Shown: one piece after another, positions 9,380-19,814 of the stretch
Layout of the letters: every line of letters starts with the position of its first letter
Position numbering within the stretch: position 1 is the stretch's first letter
Source: a virus
Lineage: Duplodnaviria > Heunggongvirae > Uroviricota > Caudoviricetes
DNA length: 61,816 bases
Direction: 5' to 3' (one strand)
Virus record (IMG/VR): IMGVR_UViG_2740892042_000003
Notes under the pieces: model-generated
Database searches by the model: none
What the model was told of the DNA's origin: nothing
What the model saw: only the letters and a program-made list of their open reading frames with translations
Translations under genes and position numbers: made by a program

Positions 9380-10077
9380 AAAACATCGCCGCACAGATGA
9401 TTAACTTTGACCGTGAGCAGATGCGTCGGATCGCCAACAACATGCCGGAACAGTACGACGAAAAGCCGCAGGTACAGCAGGTAGCGCAGATCATCAACGG
9501 TGTATTCAGCCAGTTGCTGGCAACTTTCCCTGCGAGCCTGGCTAACCGTGACCAGAACGAACTGAACGAAATTCGCCGCCAGTGGGTTCTGGCTTTCCGG
9601 GAAAACGGGATCACCACAATGGAACAGGTTAACGCTGGAATGCGCGTAGCCCGTCGGCAGAATCGACCATTCCTGCCATCACCCGGGCAGTTTGTCGCCT
9701 GGTGCCGGGAAGAAGCATCCGTTACCGCCGGGCTGCCAAACGCCAGCGAGCTGGTTGATATGGTTTACGAGTATTGCCGGAAGCGCGGGCTGTATCCGGA
9801 TGCAGAGTCTTATCCGTGGAAATCAAACGCGCACTACTGGCTGGTTACCAACCTGTATCAGAACATGCGGGCTAATGCGTTGACTGACTCGGAATTACGG
9901 CGCAAGGCTGCCGATGAACTTGCCCATATGACTGCGAGAATTAACCGTGGTGAGGCTATACCTGAACCAGTAAAACAACTTCCTGTCATGGGCGGTAGAC
10001 CTCTAAATCGTGCACAGGCTCTGGCGAAGATCGCAGAAATCAAAGCTAAGTTCGGACTGAAAGGAGCAAGTGTATGA
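9376..10077 (+). CDS. P: replication protein P (DnaB loader)
   Basis: 233 aa, near-identical to lambda P. Confidence 0.95.
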   Translation: MKNIAAQMINFDREQMRRIANNMPEQYDEKPQVQQVAQIINGVFSQLLATFPASLANRDQNELNEIRRQWVLAFRENGITTMEQVNAGMRVARRQNRPFLPSPGQFVAWCREEASVTAGLPNASELVDMVYEYCRKRGLYPDAESYPWKSNAHYWLVTNLYQNMRANALTDSELRRKAADELAHMTARINRGEAIPEPVKQLPVMGGRPLNRAQALAKIAEIKAKFGLKGASV

Positions 10078-10378
10078 CGGGCAAAGAGGCAATTATTCAT
10101 TACCTGGGGACGCATAATAGCTTCTGTGCGCCGGACGTTGCCGCGCTAACAGGCGCAACAGTAACCAGCATAAATCAGGCCGCGGCTAAAATGGCACGGG
10201 CAGGTCTTCTGGTTATCGAAGGTAAGGTCTGGTGAACGGTGTATTACCGGTTCGCTACCAGAGAAGAACGGGAAGGAAAGGTGAGCACGAATCTGATTTT
10301 TAAGGAGTGTCGCCAGAGTGCCGCGATGAAACGGGTATTGAGGGTATATAAAAGAACATCAATGGGTACACAATGATG
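10074..10378 (+). pseudogene. ren: ren, inactivated by in-frame TGA after codon 53
   Basis: MTGKEAIIHYLGTHNSFCAPDVAALTGATV...GKVW then TGA at 10233-10235 where lambda Ren has Arg; downstream Ren codons continue in frame. Confidence 0.75.
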
Positions 10379-10443
10379 AAACAGGTGAGTTGAGTTCAAA
10401 CTGTAGTACAATTCTCTCCAGTTTGAACAGGAAAGAATATGTT

Positions 10444-10776
10444 ATGAACCCTTATATTTATCTTGGTGGTGCAATACTTGCAGAGGTCATTGGTACAACC
10501 TTAATGAAGTTTTCAGAAGGTTTTACACGGTTATGGCCATCTGTTGGTACAATTATTTGTTATTGTGCATCATTCTGGTTATTAGCTCAGACGCTGGCTT
10601 ATATTCCTACAGGGATTGCTTATGCTATCTGGTCAGGAGTCGGTATTGTCCTGATTAGCTTACTATCATGGGGGTTTTTCGGCCAACGGCTGGACCTGCC
10701 AGCCGTTATAGGCATGATGTTGATTTGTGCCGGTGTGTTGGTTATTAATTTATTGTCACGAAGCACACCACATTAA
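10444..10776 (+). CDS. emrE: small multidrug resistance efflux transporter EmrE
   Basis: 110 aa MNPYIYLGGAILAEVIGTTLMKFSEGF... matches E. coli EmrE; AT-rich flanks. Confidence 0.95.
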   Translation: MNPYIYLGGAILAEVIGTTLMKFSEGFTRLWPSVGTIICYCASFWLLAQTLAYIPTGIAYAIWSGVGIVLISLLSWGFFGQRLDLPAVIGMMLICAGVLVINLLSRSTPH

Positions 10777-11020
10777 AAATAATTTCTTTTAAAAGACTGA
10801 AATATGGCGGTTCATATCTTTACATGGGCCGCTTTTGTTAATGTTTTTAGTTTTTGTGTATTCTTTTGTGCCTTCAAGATTATTGCGTAAGCAAATTGCA
10901 ATACGATTATTGTTGTATATTCAAAAGAATGTGATCGTAATTGTCTTTTTAAATAAAAATTAAACAAAAATTATATCTCACCACTAAGGTTTATAAAAGC
11001 ATACGTTAGCAGGTGTCACC

Positions 11021-12547
11021 ATGAAAAAAGCCATAGCATATATGCGATTTTCATCACCAGGTCAGATGTCTGGCGACTCATTAAACCGACAGAGAAGACT
11101 TATTGCTGAATGGTTAAAGGTAAATAGTGATTATTATCTTGATACCATAACATATGAAGATTTAGGATTAAGTGCATTCAAAGGAAAGCATGCACAATCA
11201 GGAGCTTTTTCGGAATTTTTAGATGCTATAGAGCATGGTTATATATTGCCAGGAACTACATTGCTAGTTGAAAGTCTGGACAGACTTTCAAGAGAAAAAG
11301 TCGGTGAAGCGATTGAGCGTCTGAAATTGATTTTGAATCACGGTATTGATGTTATAACTCTTTGCGATAATACAGTCTATAATATTGACTCTTTGAATGA
11401 TCCATATTCATTAATAAAAGCCATACTTATAGCACAAAGGGCAAATGAAGAAAGCGAGATAAAGTCAAGTCGGGTTAAATTATCATGGAAGAAAAAACGG
11501 CAGGATGCACTGGAGTCAGGCACGATTATGACGGCGTCTTGTCCGAGATGGCTCTCATTGGATGACAAAAGAACAGCTTTTATTCCAGACCCCGACAGGG
11601 TGAAAACGATTGAGCTAATTTTTAAACTCAGGATGGAAAGGCGATCATTGAATGCAATAGCCAAGTATTTAAATGATCATGCTGTAAAAAATTTCTCAGG
11701 AAAAGAAAGTGCATGGGGGCCTTCTGTAATTGAAAAATTATTAGCGAATAAAGCTCTGATAGGTATATGCGTACCTTCATATCGTGCAAGAGGTAAAGGA
11801 ATAAGTGAAATCGCTGGCTATTATCCCAGAGTCATATCAGATGATTTGTTTTACGCTGTGCAGGAAATTCGGTTGGCACCTTTTGGTATTAGCAATAGTA
11901 GCAAAAATCCTATGTTGATAAATCTACTTCGAACAGTTATGAAGTGCGAGGCTTGTGGTAATACCATGATTGTTCATGCGGTATCTGGAAGTTTGCATGG
12001 CTATTATGTTTGTCCGATGAGAAGACTGCATCGATGTGGCAGGCCATCAATAAAGAGAGATTTGGTTGATTATAATATCATTAATGAGTTGCTTTTTAAT
12101 TGTAGTAAAATCCAACCAGTTGAAAACAAGAAAGATGCTAATGAAACTTTAGAGTTGAAAATTATTGAGCTCCATATGAAAATTAATAATTTAATTGCTG
12201 CATTATCTGTTGCGCCTGAAGTTACCGCTATAGCAGAAAAAATCAGAGTATTAGATAAGGAATTACGAAGGGCTTCTGTATCATTAAAAACTTTGAAGAG
12301 TAAAGCGGTGAGCTCACTTGGTGATTTTCATGCTATTGACTTAACCAGTAAAAATGGGCGAGAGCTATGTCGTACACTTGCCTATAAAACATTCGAAAAA
12401 ATCATAATCAATACAGATAATAAAACCTGTGATATCTATTTTATGAATGGCATTGTTTTTAAACACTATCCTTTAATGAAAACAATATCCGCCCAGCAGG
12501 CGATAAGTACTCTCAAATATATGGTTGATGGTGAGGTTTATTTTTGA
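11021..12547 (+). CDS. ybcK: large serine recombinase YbcK
   Basis: 508 aa; N-terminal resolvase-type catalytic domain (AYMRFSSPGQ), large C-terminal domain with Cys cluster; matches DLP12 YbcK. Confidence 0.9.
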   Translation: MKKAIAYMRFSSPGQMSGDSLNRQRRLIAEWLKVNSDYYLDTITYEDLGLSAFKGKHAQSGAFSEFLDAIEHGYILPGTTLLVESLDRLSREKVGEAIERLKLILNHGIDVITLCDNTVYNIDSLNDPYSLIKAILIAQRANEESEIKSSRVKLSWKKKRQDALESGTIMTASCPRWLSLDDKRTAFIPDPDRVKTIELIFKLRMERRSLNAIAKYLNDHAVKNFSGKESAWGPSVIEKLLANKALIGICVPSYRARGKGISEIAGYYPRVISDDLFYAVQEIRLAPFGISNSSKNPMLINLLRTVMKCEACGNTMIVHAVSGSLHGYYVCPMRRLHRCGRPSIKRDLVDYNIINELLFNCSKIQPVENKKDANETLELKIIELHMKINNLIAALSVAPEVTAIAEKIRVLDKELRRASVSLKTLKSKAVSSLGDFHAIDLTSKNGRELCRTLAYKTFEKIIINTDNKTCDIYFMNGIVFKHYPLMKTISAQQAISTLKYMVDGEVYF

Positions 12548-12658
12548 GTAATAATCACTTTTTCAACCGTGCTATAGTAAGAAAGTTAGGTAAGTACAAT
12601 AAAATTATCTATCCTGAACGAAGCGTCCTGAGCTATGGTTTTACTATAGGGACTGCCA

Positions 12659-12982
12659 ATGGATGCTGGCGTTCTCGTTCTAGCAGTTCAACAATCCCCA
12701 ATCACAAAACAATTCACTGATAACGAACTTTGCACACTCGCCTGGTTATGGCGAGCAGGGAATGTGATGTTAATTGCCTACCAGAACGTTACTCATCTTC
12801 TTCAGGATGCGGAGCATGGTGAAGCTGGTCACTTCACTTCCATCGAGCAAGAATATCCCCAGATACTCAACAGAGCGCGAGCAATCCTCGTCCGAGAAAC
12901 GGCACATGTAAAACTTCAGCCGTGGCAGGATGATAAGTGGAGTCGAGTATTGCCGCATTTACCTCAGAATCTGTTTCAATAA
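12659..12982 (+). CDS. hypothetical protein
   Basis: 107-aa ORF, no recognised domain. Confidence 0.35.
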   Translation: MDAGVLVLAVQQSPITKQFTDNELCTLAWLWRAGNVMLIAYQNVTHLLQDAEHGEAGHFTSIEQEYPQILNRARAILVRETAHVKLQPWQDDKWSRVLPHLPQNLFQ

Positions 12983-13156
12983 AGGCGCTAGTTAGTAAGG
13001 CTTCCGTCATTCTGCGATGACGGAAGTGCGGGCTGCGTACGGGAGAGCAATTGCATGAATAATATAAATATTCCGCTCACTCCATATAGCGATTTCTGAT
13101 ACAAACTTATCTATTGTGGTAAAATTATAGAAACAAACTTATAGCGTACTAACCAT

Positions 13157-13939
13157 ATGGACAATATTAATAAACACGGGCTCTCAAGAAGAATACCTGA
13201 GACAATAAAACGTCAGATAAGGCAAAGGTGCGGCTTTGGCTGTGTAATTTGTGGATTTGGATTTTATGATTATGAGCATTTTAAACCTGACTTCGTTGAT
13301 GCCAAAGTACATGATCCGAATGGAATGACACTTCTTTGCTCCCAATGCAATCAAAAAAGAGCTCGTGGTAGACTTTCAGCACAGACAGTGGAAATAGCTG
13401 ACAGAAATCCCAAGTGCTTACAGGCTGGTTTTGCAAATGAAATGTTTGATTTTCATAATGAGCCTATAACAGTAAAATTTGCAGGAGTGACGTTTCATAA
13501 CTGTCAAAATTTGATTGTAGTCAACGAACAACCCATTCTTTCTGTGAAACCTTCACCCATACCACATGGACCGATGCTTTTATCAGGAATTTTCTGTAAT
13601 TCTATTGGTAAGGAGACTTTACTGATAGATGAAAATGAATGGAAAGCTAAATCAGACAATTGGGATGTGGAGTGTACCGGCCCGCGTATAACAATACGAC
13701 GTGGGCCAGGAGAGTTTGCCCTCGTTCTAAAAATGGAACCTCCAACAGGATTGATTGTTGAGCGTCTTGATATGTTGTATGAAGGGGTCAGGATGAAAGG
13801 AGATAAAGATCTGCTGGAAGTTTCGATTAATGGAGGTCCCTTGCACAGATGGCAATCATGCTCAATGTCAAATTGCCATACAGGGCTTGCGATTCAGGGC
13901 GGTATTAGAGCTGCTAATGATCCTTTGTATTGCGCCTAA
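13157..13939 (+). CDS. HNH endonuclease-domain protein with uncharacterised C-terminal domain
   Basis: N-terminus CGFGCVICGF...YEHFKPDF...HDPNGMTLLCSQCN fits the HNH CxxC...H...N...CxxC pattern; 260 aa. Confidence 0.65.
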   Translation: MDNINKHGLSRRIPETIKRQIRQRCGFGCVICGFGFYDYEHFKPDFVDAKVHDPNGMTLLCSQCNQKRARGRLSAQTVEIADRNPKCLQAGFANEMFDFHNEPITVKFAGVTFHNCQNLIVVNEQPILSVKPSPIPHGPMLLSGIFCNSIGKETLLIDENEWKAKSDNWDVECTGPRITIRRGPGEFALVLKMEPPTGLIVERLDMLYEGVRMKGDKDLLEVSINGGPLHRWQSCSMSNCHTGLAIQGGIRAANDPLYCA

Positions 13940-14131
13940 ATCCACTAAATTGATTTTCAACAATCAACTTGCCATAATTAAGTCACCGGAGTTTGAACTC
14001 CTCCGGTGACTTCTGCGCTAAACGGGGACGTTTATGCGCACATACAATCCAACCTCTCTTCTCCATTCACAGATGCAGAAATGCACCTGCGATATTTTGC
14101 ATCCAGCGTTTGATCTCTGCGGAGGTGAAGC

Positions 14132-14587
14132 GTGAACCTCCCACAAGATGGTATCAAATTGCATCGCGGTAACTTCACCGCTATCGGTCGGCAGATCCAG
14201 CCTTATCTGGAGGACGGCAAATGCTTTCGCATGGTGCTTAAACCGTGGCGCGAGAGACGCAGTCTTTCCCAGAATGCACTCAGCCACATGTGGTACAGCG
14301 AAATCAGTGAATACCTCATCAGCAAGGGTAAAACGTTCGCCACTCCAGCTTGGGTAAAAGATGCTCTCAAACACACATATCTCGGTTATGAAACCAAAGA
14401 CCTGGTTGATGTCGTAACCGGTGATATCACCACTATCCAGTCGTTACGCCATACCTCCGATCTTGATACCGGAGAGATGTATGTCTTCCTGTGTAAGGTT
14501 GAAGCCTGGGCGATGAATATTGGCTGCCACCTGACTATTCCGCAGAGCTGCGAGTTCCAGCTGCTGCGTGATAAGCAGGAGGCGTAA
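14132..14587 (+). CDS. ybcN: YbcN (DLP12 nin-region protein)
   Basis: 151 aa, matches remembered E. coli YbcN. Confidence 0.85.
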   Translation: MNLPQDGIKLHRGNFTAIGRQIQPYLEDGKCFRMVLKPWRERRSLSQNALSHMWYSEISEYLISKGKTFATPAWVKDALKHTYLGYETKDLVDVVTGDITTIQSLRHTSDLDTGEMYVFLCKVEAWAMNIGCHLTIPQSCEFQLLRDKQEA

Positions 14588-14757
14588 TGGCTACACCGCT
14601 TATTCGTGTCATGAACGGACACATCTACAAAGTACCAAATCGTCGTAAGCGTAAGCCTGAGCTGAAACCATCCGAAATACCAACACTGCTCGGATATACC
14701 GCCAGCCTGGTTGATAAAAAATGGTTGCGACTGGCAGCAAGGAGGAATCATGGCTGA
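14587..14757 (+). CDS. ninE: NinE family protein
   Basis: 56-aa ORF ([26 protein letters not shown]...) starting in the TAATG overlap with ybcN; below the ORF-track length cutoff. Confidence 0.7.
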   Translation: MATPLIRVMNGHIYKVPNRRKRKPELKPSEIPTLLGYTASLVDKKWLRLAARRNHG

Positions 14758-15040
14758 TTTGAGAAAAGCAGCGCGTGGTCGGGAATGCCAGGTAAGAATC
14801 CCTGGCGTATGTAATGGCAATCCTGAAACGTCAGTACTGGCACATATCCGGCTGGCTGGATTGTGCGGTACCGGTATCAAACCGCCAGACCTGATTGCCA
14901 CCATTGCATGTTCTGCCTGCCACGACGAAATCGACCGTCGCACGCATTTTGTTGACGCTGGATATGCAAAAGAATGTGCGCTGGAAGGTATGGCGAGAAC
15001 ACAGGTTATCTGGCTGAAAGAGGGGGTAATTAAGGCGTGA
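14750..15040 (+). CDS. ybcO: YbcO (DUF1364)
   Basis: 96 aa from [23 protein letters not shown]..., AGGAGG RBS; Cys-rich. Confidence 0.8.
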   Translation: MADLRKAARGRECQVRIPGVCNGNPETSVLAHIRLAGLCGTGIKPPDLIATIACSACHDEIDRRTHFVDAGYAKECALEGMARTQVIWLKEGVIKA

Positions 15041-15399
15041 ATACTTACAGCATCACATTACCCTGGCCTCCGAGCAATAATCGCTATTACCGCCATAATC
15101 GCGGGCGCACGCACATCAGCGCAGAGGGGCAGGCATACCGCGATAACGTCGCCCGAATCATCAAAGGCTCCATGCTGGATATCGGCCTGGCTATGCCAGT
15201 GAAAATCCGTATTGAGTGCCACATGCCGGATCGCCGTCGCCGTGACCTGGATAATCTGCAAAAAGCCGCTTTTGACGCACTCACCAAAGCAGGTTTCTGG
15301 CTGGATGATGCTCAGGTCGTTGATTACCGCATTGTGAAGATGCCTGTTACCAAAGGTGGGAGGCTGGAACTGACCATCACCGAAATGGGGAATGAATGA
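15037..15399 (+). CDS. rusA: Holliday junction resolvase RusA
   Basis: 120 aa matching RusA ([18 protein letters not shown]...). Confidence 0.9.
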   Translation: MNTYSITLPWPPSNNRYYRHNRGRTHISAEGQAYRDNVARIIKGSMLDIGLAMPVKIRIECHMPDRRRRDLDNLQKAAFDALTKAGFWLDDAQVVDYRIVKMPVTKGGRLELTITEMGNE

Positions 15400-15536
15400 T
15401 GTTTGAGTTTTATATGGCAGAACTTCTTCGCCACCGCTGGGGGCGTCTGCGCTTATATCGTTTCCCCGGTTCTGTTTTGACCGATTACCGAATACTGAAG
15501 AATTACGCCAAAACCCTGACAGGAGCAGGAGTATGA
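15396..15536 (+). CDS. ylcG: YlcG small protein
   Basis: 46-aa [18 protein letters not shown]... overlapping rusA stop. Confidence 0.6.
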   Translation: MMFEFYMAELLRHRWGRLRLYRFPGSVLTDYRILKNYAKTLTGAGV

Positions 15537-15621
15537 AGTCAGAGATAACAATCAACTAATACTGTTTTGTTGATTTTTGCTTGTAATTGGCGTTCTGGTC
15601 TGATTTTTGTGGAGTAAGTTG

Positions 15622-15999
15622 ATGCGTGATATTCAGATGGTTCTTGAGCGTTGGGGAGCGTGGGCGGCTAATAATCATGAAGATGTGACCTGGTCGTCCA
15701 TTGCCGCCGGTTTTAAGGGATTAATTCCTTCAAAAGTAAAATCTCGCCCACAATGTTGTGACGATGACGCGATGATCATTTGCGGGTGCATGGCCCGTCT
15801 GAAAAAGAACAACAGCGATTTGCATGATTTATTGGTGGACTATTATGTCGGCGGCATGACTTTTATGGCGCTTGCACGTAAGCATGGGCGATCTGATTGT
15901 TGGGTTGGCAGGATGCTCCAGAAAGCTGAGGGCGTAGTGGAGGGTATGCTGATGGTGTTGGATCTCCGATTGGAGATGGATGCTGATTGTTCGAAATAA
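15622..15999 (+). CDS. quuD: late antiterminator Q
   Basis: matches DLP12 QuuD from [14 protein letters not shown]...; Cys cluster [12 protein letters not shown]. Confidence 0.8.
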   Translation: MRDIQMVLERWGAWAANNHEDVTWSSIAAGFKGLIPSKVKSRPQCCDDDAMIICGCMARLKKNNSDLHDLLVDYYVGGMTFMALARKHGRSDCWVGRMLQKAEGVVEGMLMVLDLRLEMDADCSK

Positions 16000-16098
16000 T
16001 TAAAGGAAAAGTTGCTGTCTGATTGTCATTAGTCTAACATTTTAAATGTTGGAATCGCAACGTAGTTATTATCATATAACAGCTTGTTTCCTGATTTA

Positions 16099-16126
16099 GC
16101 CAGCCTCCCCAAAGGCTGGTTTTTTC
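16099..16126 (+). terminator. tR'-like rho-independent terminator downstream of Q
   Basis: stem gccagcc/ggctgg with loop tccccaaa followed by ttttttc about 100 nt after Q stop. Confidence 0.5.
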
Positions 16127-16153
16127 TAATAAGTATCATTTCGGGTAGGGATT

Positions 16154-16678
16154 TTATTGTTTAACCCATAATAATTCATTGACATTGAATCCCAACTTTT
16201 GAGCGGTTCGCACATAGTCTGCTTTTACTTTATCTGGAATAGTTGAGGTCCTTGCCAGAATCCATAGGTATTCTCTGTTCGGACCACTGACAAGAGCATA
16301 CTTATACTCATCATCCAGTTTGATTACATTATAGCCACCATAGAAGGGGCCAAAAAACGAAACCTTCAACGCTGCAGTTTTAGTATCTCCAGTAAAGTAT
16401 GCTTTACCTTCGCTCTCGCTCCATTTATTTTTCGTTGGATCGTATCCACGGTTAAGTACACGAATCCCTCCGTCGTTCCGTTTTCCATAAGTAGCGCTGA
16501 CCTGTTCCAGACCACGTTCGAACCGGTTCTCGAGGCGAGCTATTTCATACCATTTTCCGAGGTAGCGGTTGGCGTCAAAATTTGTAATCGGCTGCACACC
16601 TTTAGGTGGTGTCGGGGCCTTACATGCTATAAGAGTGAAAGAGAGCGCAATGCCAGTCAACACAGGCCATAACTTCAT
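16154..16678 (-). CDS. Blc-like outer-membrane lipocalin lipoprotein
   Basis: 174 aa with lipobox LIAC and lipocalin signature NFDANRYLGKWYEIARLENRFERG; homologous to, not identical with, E. coli Blc. Confidence 0.85.
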   Translation of the reverse strand: MKLWPVLTGIALSFTLIACKAPTPPKGVQPITNFDANRYLGKWYEIARLENRFERGLEQVSATYGKRNDGGIRVLNRGYDPTKNKWSESEGKAYFTGDTKTAALKVSFFGPFYGGYNVIKLDDEYKYALVSGPNREYLWILARTSTIPDKVKADYVRTAQKLGFNVNELLWVKQ

Positions 16679-16870
16679 AATAAATCCTGTACTTTTGATA
16701 GTTGAGAGTAAGTATGAAAGATAGATGATTACGACCGATCACTTAAAGAACTTTCATACTATATTAGGAATAGTCCATAACAGAAAAATTGTCAGTGATG
16801 ACGCCAGAAAGGCAATTTATTCCGTGCACTACACAGTTTATGTGTTAATGAATTAGTCAAGGGGGAGGAT

Positions 16871-17830
16871 ATGATAAAAAAACCTGTGATTGGAATCAGC
16901 GGTTGTTTGGCCGGTTCTGCTGTTCGTTTTGATGGTGGTCACAAAAGAGCTGACTTTTTAATGGACAAATTAGTGGAATGGGTAACATTCAGACCAGTAT
17001 GTCCGGAAATGGCTATAGGGCTGCCAGTTCCGCGTCCTGCTCTACGTCTTGTGCGCTCGACGCAAGGAAATATACGGATGTGTTTCAGCCACGACCAGAA
17101 TGAGGATGTGACAGAGAGAATGACAGAGTTTAGTCGTTCTTATATGGACAAATTAAAGGATGTATCGGGGTTTGTGGTTTGTGCTAAATCTCCCAGCTGT
17201 GGCATGGAGCGCGTGCGTGTCTATGATGAAAATGGTAATCGAGGTCGTAAAGATGGAGTGGGACTATTTACGAGCACTTTGATGGAAAAGTTTTCCTGGC
17301 TACCGGTTGAAGAGGATGGGCGATTACATGATCCAGTGCTTCGTGAGAATTTTGTTGAAAGAGTTTTTGCTTTGCATGAGCTCAATCACCTTTACAAGGA
17401 GAAATTATCAAGAAGAGAGTTATTGGCTTTTCATAGTCGTTATAAGCTTCAGTTGTTGGCGCATAGTCAGACAGGCTATAAAGATATGGGACCATTTGTG
17501 GCTGCAATACACGAGTGGGCGGATCTTGAATCATACTTTGAGGTGTATCGTGATAAGCTGATGGCGATTCTCAGAAAACCTGCATCACGTAAAAATCACA
17601 CGAATGTGCTGATGCATATACAGGGGTATTTTAGTAACTACTTAAGTACACGCCAGCGTAAAGAGTTGAGCGAGGTTATACTTAACTATCGTTCTGGCAC
17701 ATTACCTCTTCTTGCGCCGTTGACTCTGCTGAAGCATTATCTGGGTGAGTATCCTAATGATTACTTGCTTACACAGAATTACTTCGATCCCTATCCGGAC
17801 GAACTGGCTCTAAGACTGATGGTAAATTAA
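16871..17830 (+). CDS. DUF523-DUF1722 fusion protein (TudS/YbgA-like)
   Basis: N-terminal GISGCLAGSAVRFDGGH...CPE...CGMER Cys pattern (DUF523) followed by YbgA-like C-terminal region. Confidence 0.65.
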   Translation: MIKKPVIGISGCLAGSAVRFDGGHKRADFLMDKLVEWVTFRPVCPEMAIGLPVPRPALRLVRSTQGNIRMCFSHDQNEDVTERMTEFSRSYMDKLKDVSGFVVCAKSPSCGMERVRVYDENGNRGRKDGVGLFTSTLMEKFSWLPVEEDGRLHDPVLRENFVERVFALHELNHLYKEKLSRRELLAFHSRYKLQLLAHSQTGYKDMGPFVAAIHEWADLESYFEVYRDKLMAILRKPASRKNHTNVLMHIQGYFSNYLSTRQRKELSEVILNYRSGTLPLLAPLTLLKHYLGEYPNDYLLTQNYFDPYPDELALRLMVN

Positions 17831-18172
17831 TTGTATGCGATATCATCCAAAAGGATGAGTTCCTGCATACAGGATATTTACAATCGTAAAAACTACACTA
17901 TGATACCCAGAGTGTCAGTTTGTATAAAAACTCTGTTTACGCTGAAGAAACCATTGAGATGCAACTTAAATTTGGTAAACATGCCAGTCAAAATATATGA
18001 TATTATGATTCCACGCAGCTATATATAATATAACAGATTGGTTTAATAATTTGTCTTTGTGAGTTAAATACATAATTTTATACTTGTGATGCAATGAGAT
18101 TTTCCTTATTGTTGAACTGGCGAATATTGATTTTCCACCTATACTTACCTGGTGTAACCCCAATGATATCAG

Positions 18173-18913
18173 GTGGATAATATGCCATACATATGTTCTA
18201 TCATTTTGGTGTTGAACTCGTTTGATGTCCGAATTGGTAAAGAAGATATTTTGTTTAAAAAAGGAAGTGCTGTTCTCATTGATTACAATTTAAAAGATTT
18301 TTTTTCATCAAATATAGATCATGTAATGATCGTAGATGTTGAAGAGAAAACAGTTAATGATTTCTTTAAAAGCAACACACTCTCACCTTTTTCTGTAAGA
18401 AGGTTTTATCCGGCATACTTGATGGTGGAATGTGAAGATTTTTCATTGTTAAAGAACTTGATTGCATGCTTGAATTGTGATGGCAGAACTGTGGATTTTG
18501 TTAGAAATCAAATATCACTTGCATGTCTTGCTATCTTATCTTCAGAGAAAATAGTGCAAAGTTTTTTATTTGGATGTCTTAATAGTTTAGGAAGTAAAGT
18601 TAAGGCTATTATTCACACGGATATATCTGCAACATGGAGACTTTGTGATATATCTTCAAGACTGTATCTGAGTGAAAGTCTGTTAAAAAGAAAATTAAAG
18701 CACGAAGGCTTATCATTTAGTAAATTAATTCTTGAAGAGCGAATGGTGATGGCGGAAAGGTTATTAAGCTACAATTTATATTCTGTTGGAAAAGTTGCTG
18801 AGATATGCGGTTATGAAAACACGTCATATTTTGTAAGTGTTTTCAGAAGATATTTTGGTGTTCCTCCCCATCAATATTCATCAAGATTTTTTTTAGAAAA
18901 AGACATGATGTAA
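18173..18913 (+). CDS. AraC-family transcriptional regulator
   Basis: C-terminal AraC HTH (KVAEICGYENTSYFVSVFRRYFGVPPHQY); architecture like AppY/YbcM. Confidence 0.75.
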   Translation: MDNMPYICSIILVLNSFDVRIGKEDILFKKGSAVLIDYNLKDFFSSNIDHVMIVDVEEKTVNDFFKSNTLSPFSVRRFYPAYLMVECEDFSLLKNLIACLNCDGRTVDFVRNQISLACLAILSSEKIVQSFLFGCLNSLGSKVKAIIHTDISATWRLCDISSRLYLSESLLKRKLKHEGLSFSKLILEERMVMAERLLSYNLYSVGKVAEICGYENTSYFVSVFRRYFGVPPHQYSSRFFLEKDMM

Positions 18914-18974
18914 CGTGATGCGTTTTAATGATTTTGTAATTTTCGTATTTGATAATTGTATGATGCTTTCAGCT

Positions 18975-19006
18975 ACGCCAGAATAATCGCTGGCGTTTTT
19001 CTTTTT
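18975..19006 (+). terminator. rho-independent terminator
   Basis: stem acgccag/ctggcgt, loop aataatcg, then ttttctttt. Confidence 0.55.
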
Positions 19007-19101
19007 GAATAGATGTTCAAGCCTTACGCTAATGTAACTTCTATACCTTTCCTCTTCGTTCCGAACCGTGTACACCATCCGTTATTTGCGGAGGTGAGGC
19101 T

Positions 19102-19317
19102 ATGAAATCCATGGATAAGTTAACAACGGGCATTGCCTACGGCACCTCCGCAGGCAGTGCTGGCTACTGGTTTTTACAGCTGCTCGATAAAGTCACGCCC
19201 TCACAGTGGGCAGCAATAGGTGTGCTGGGTAGCCTGGTATTTGGCCTGCTGACGTACCTGACAAACCTTTATTTCAAGATTAAAGAAGATAAGCGCAAGG
19301 CTGCGAGAGGTGAATAA
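19102..19317 (+). CDS. essD: holin
   Basis: 71 aa with one hydrophobic helix and charged C-terminus, immediately upstream of lysozyme. Confidence 0.85.
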   Translation: MKSMDKLTTGIAYGTSAGSAGYWFLQLLDKVTPSQWAAIGVLGSLVFGLLTYLTNLYFKIKEDKRKAARGE

Positions 19318-19814
19318 TGCCTCCATCATTACGAAAAGCCGTTGCTGCTGCTATTGGTGGCGGAGCAATTGCTATAGCATCAGTGTTAATCACTGGCCCA
19401 AGTGGTAACGATGGTCTGGAAGGTGTCAGCTACATACCATACAAAGATATTGTTGGTGTATGGACTGTATGTCACGGGCATACAGGAAAAGACATCATGC
19501 TCGGTAAAACGTATACCAAAGCAGAATGCAAAGCCCTCCTGAATAAAGACCTTGCCACGGTCGCCAGACAAATTAACCCGTACATAAAAGTTGATATACC
19601 GGAAACAATGCGCGGCGCTCTTTACTCGTTCGTTTACAACGTGGGCGCTGGCAATTTCAGAACATCGACGCTTCTTCGCAAAATAAACCAGGGCGATATC
19701 AAAGGCGCATGTGATCAGCTACGTCGCTGGACATATGCTGGCGGTAAGCAATGGAAAGGTCTCATGACTCGTCGTGAGATTGAGCGTGAAATCTGTTTGT
19801 GGGGTCAGCAATGA
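19317..19814 (+). CDS. rrrD: phage lysozyme (T4 lysozyme family)
   Basis: 165 aa matching DLP12 RrrD. Confidence 0.9.
   Translation: MPPSLRKAVAAAIGGGAIAIASVLITGPSGNDGLEGVSYIPYKDIVGVWTVCHGHTGKDIMLGKTYTKAECKALLNKDLATVARQINPYIKVDIPETMRGALYSFVYNVGAGNFRTSTLLRKINQGDIKGACDQLRRWTYAGGKQWKGLMTRREIEREICLWGQQ

Noticed and set aside
14018-14374. 118-aa minus-strand ORF
   Set aside because: Overlaps the start of ybcN on the opposite strand; ybcN matches a known protein
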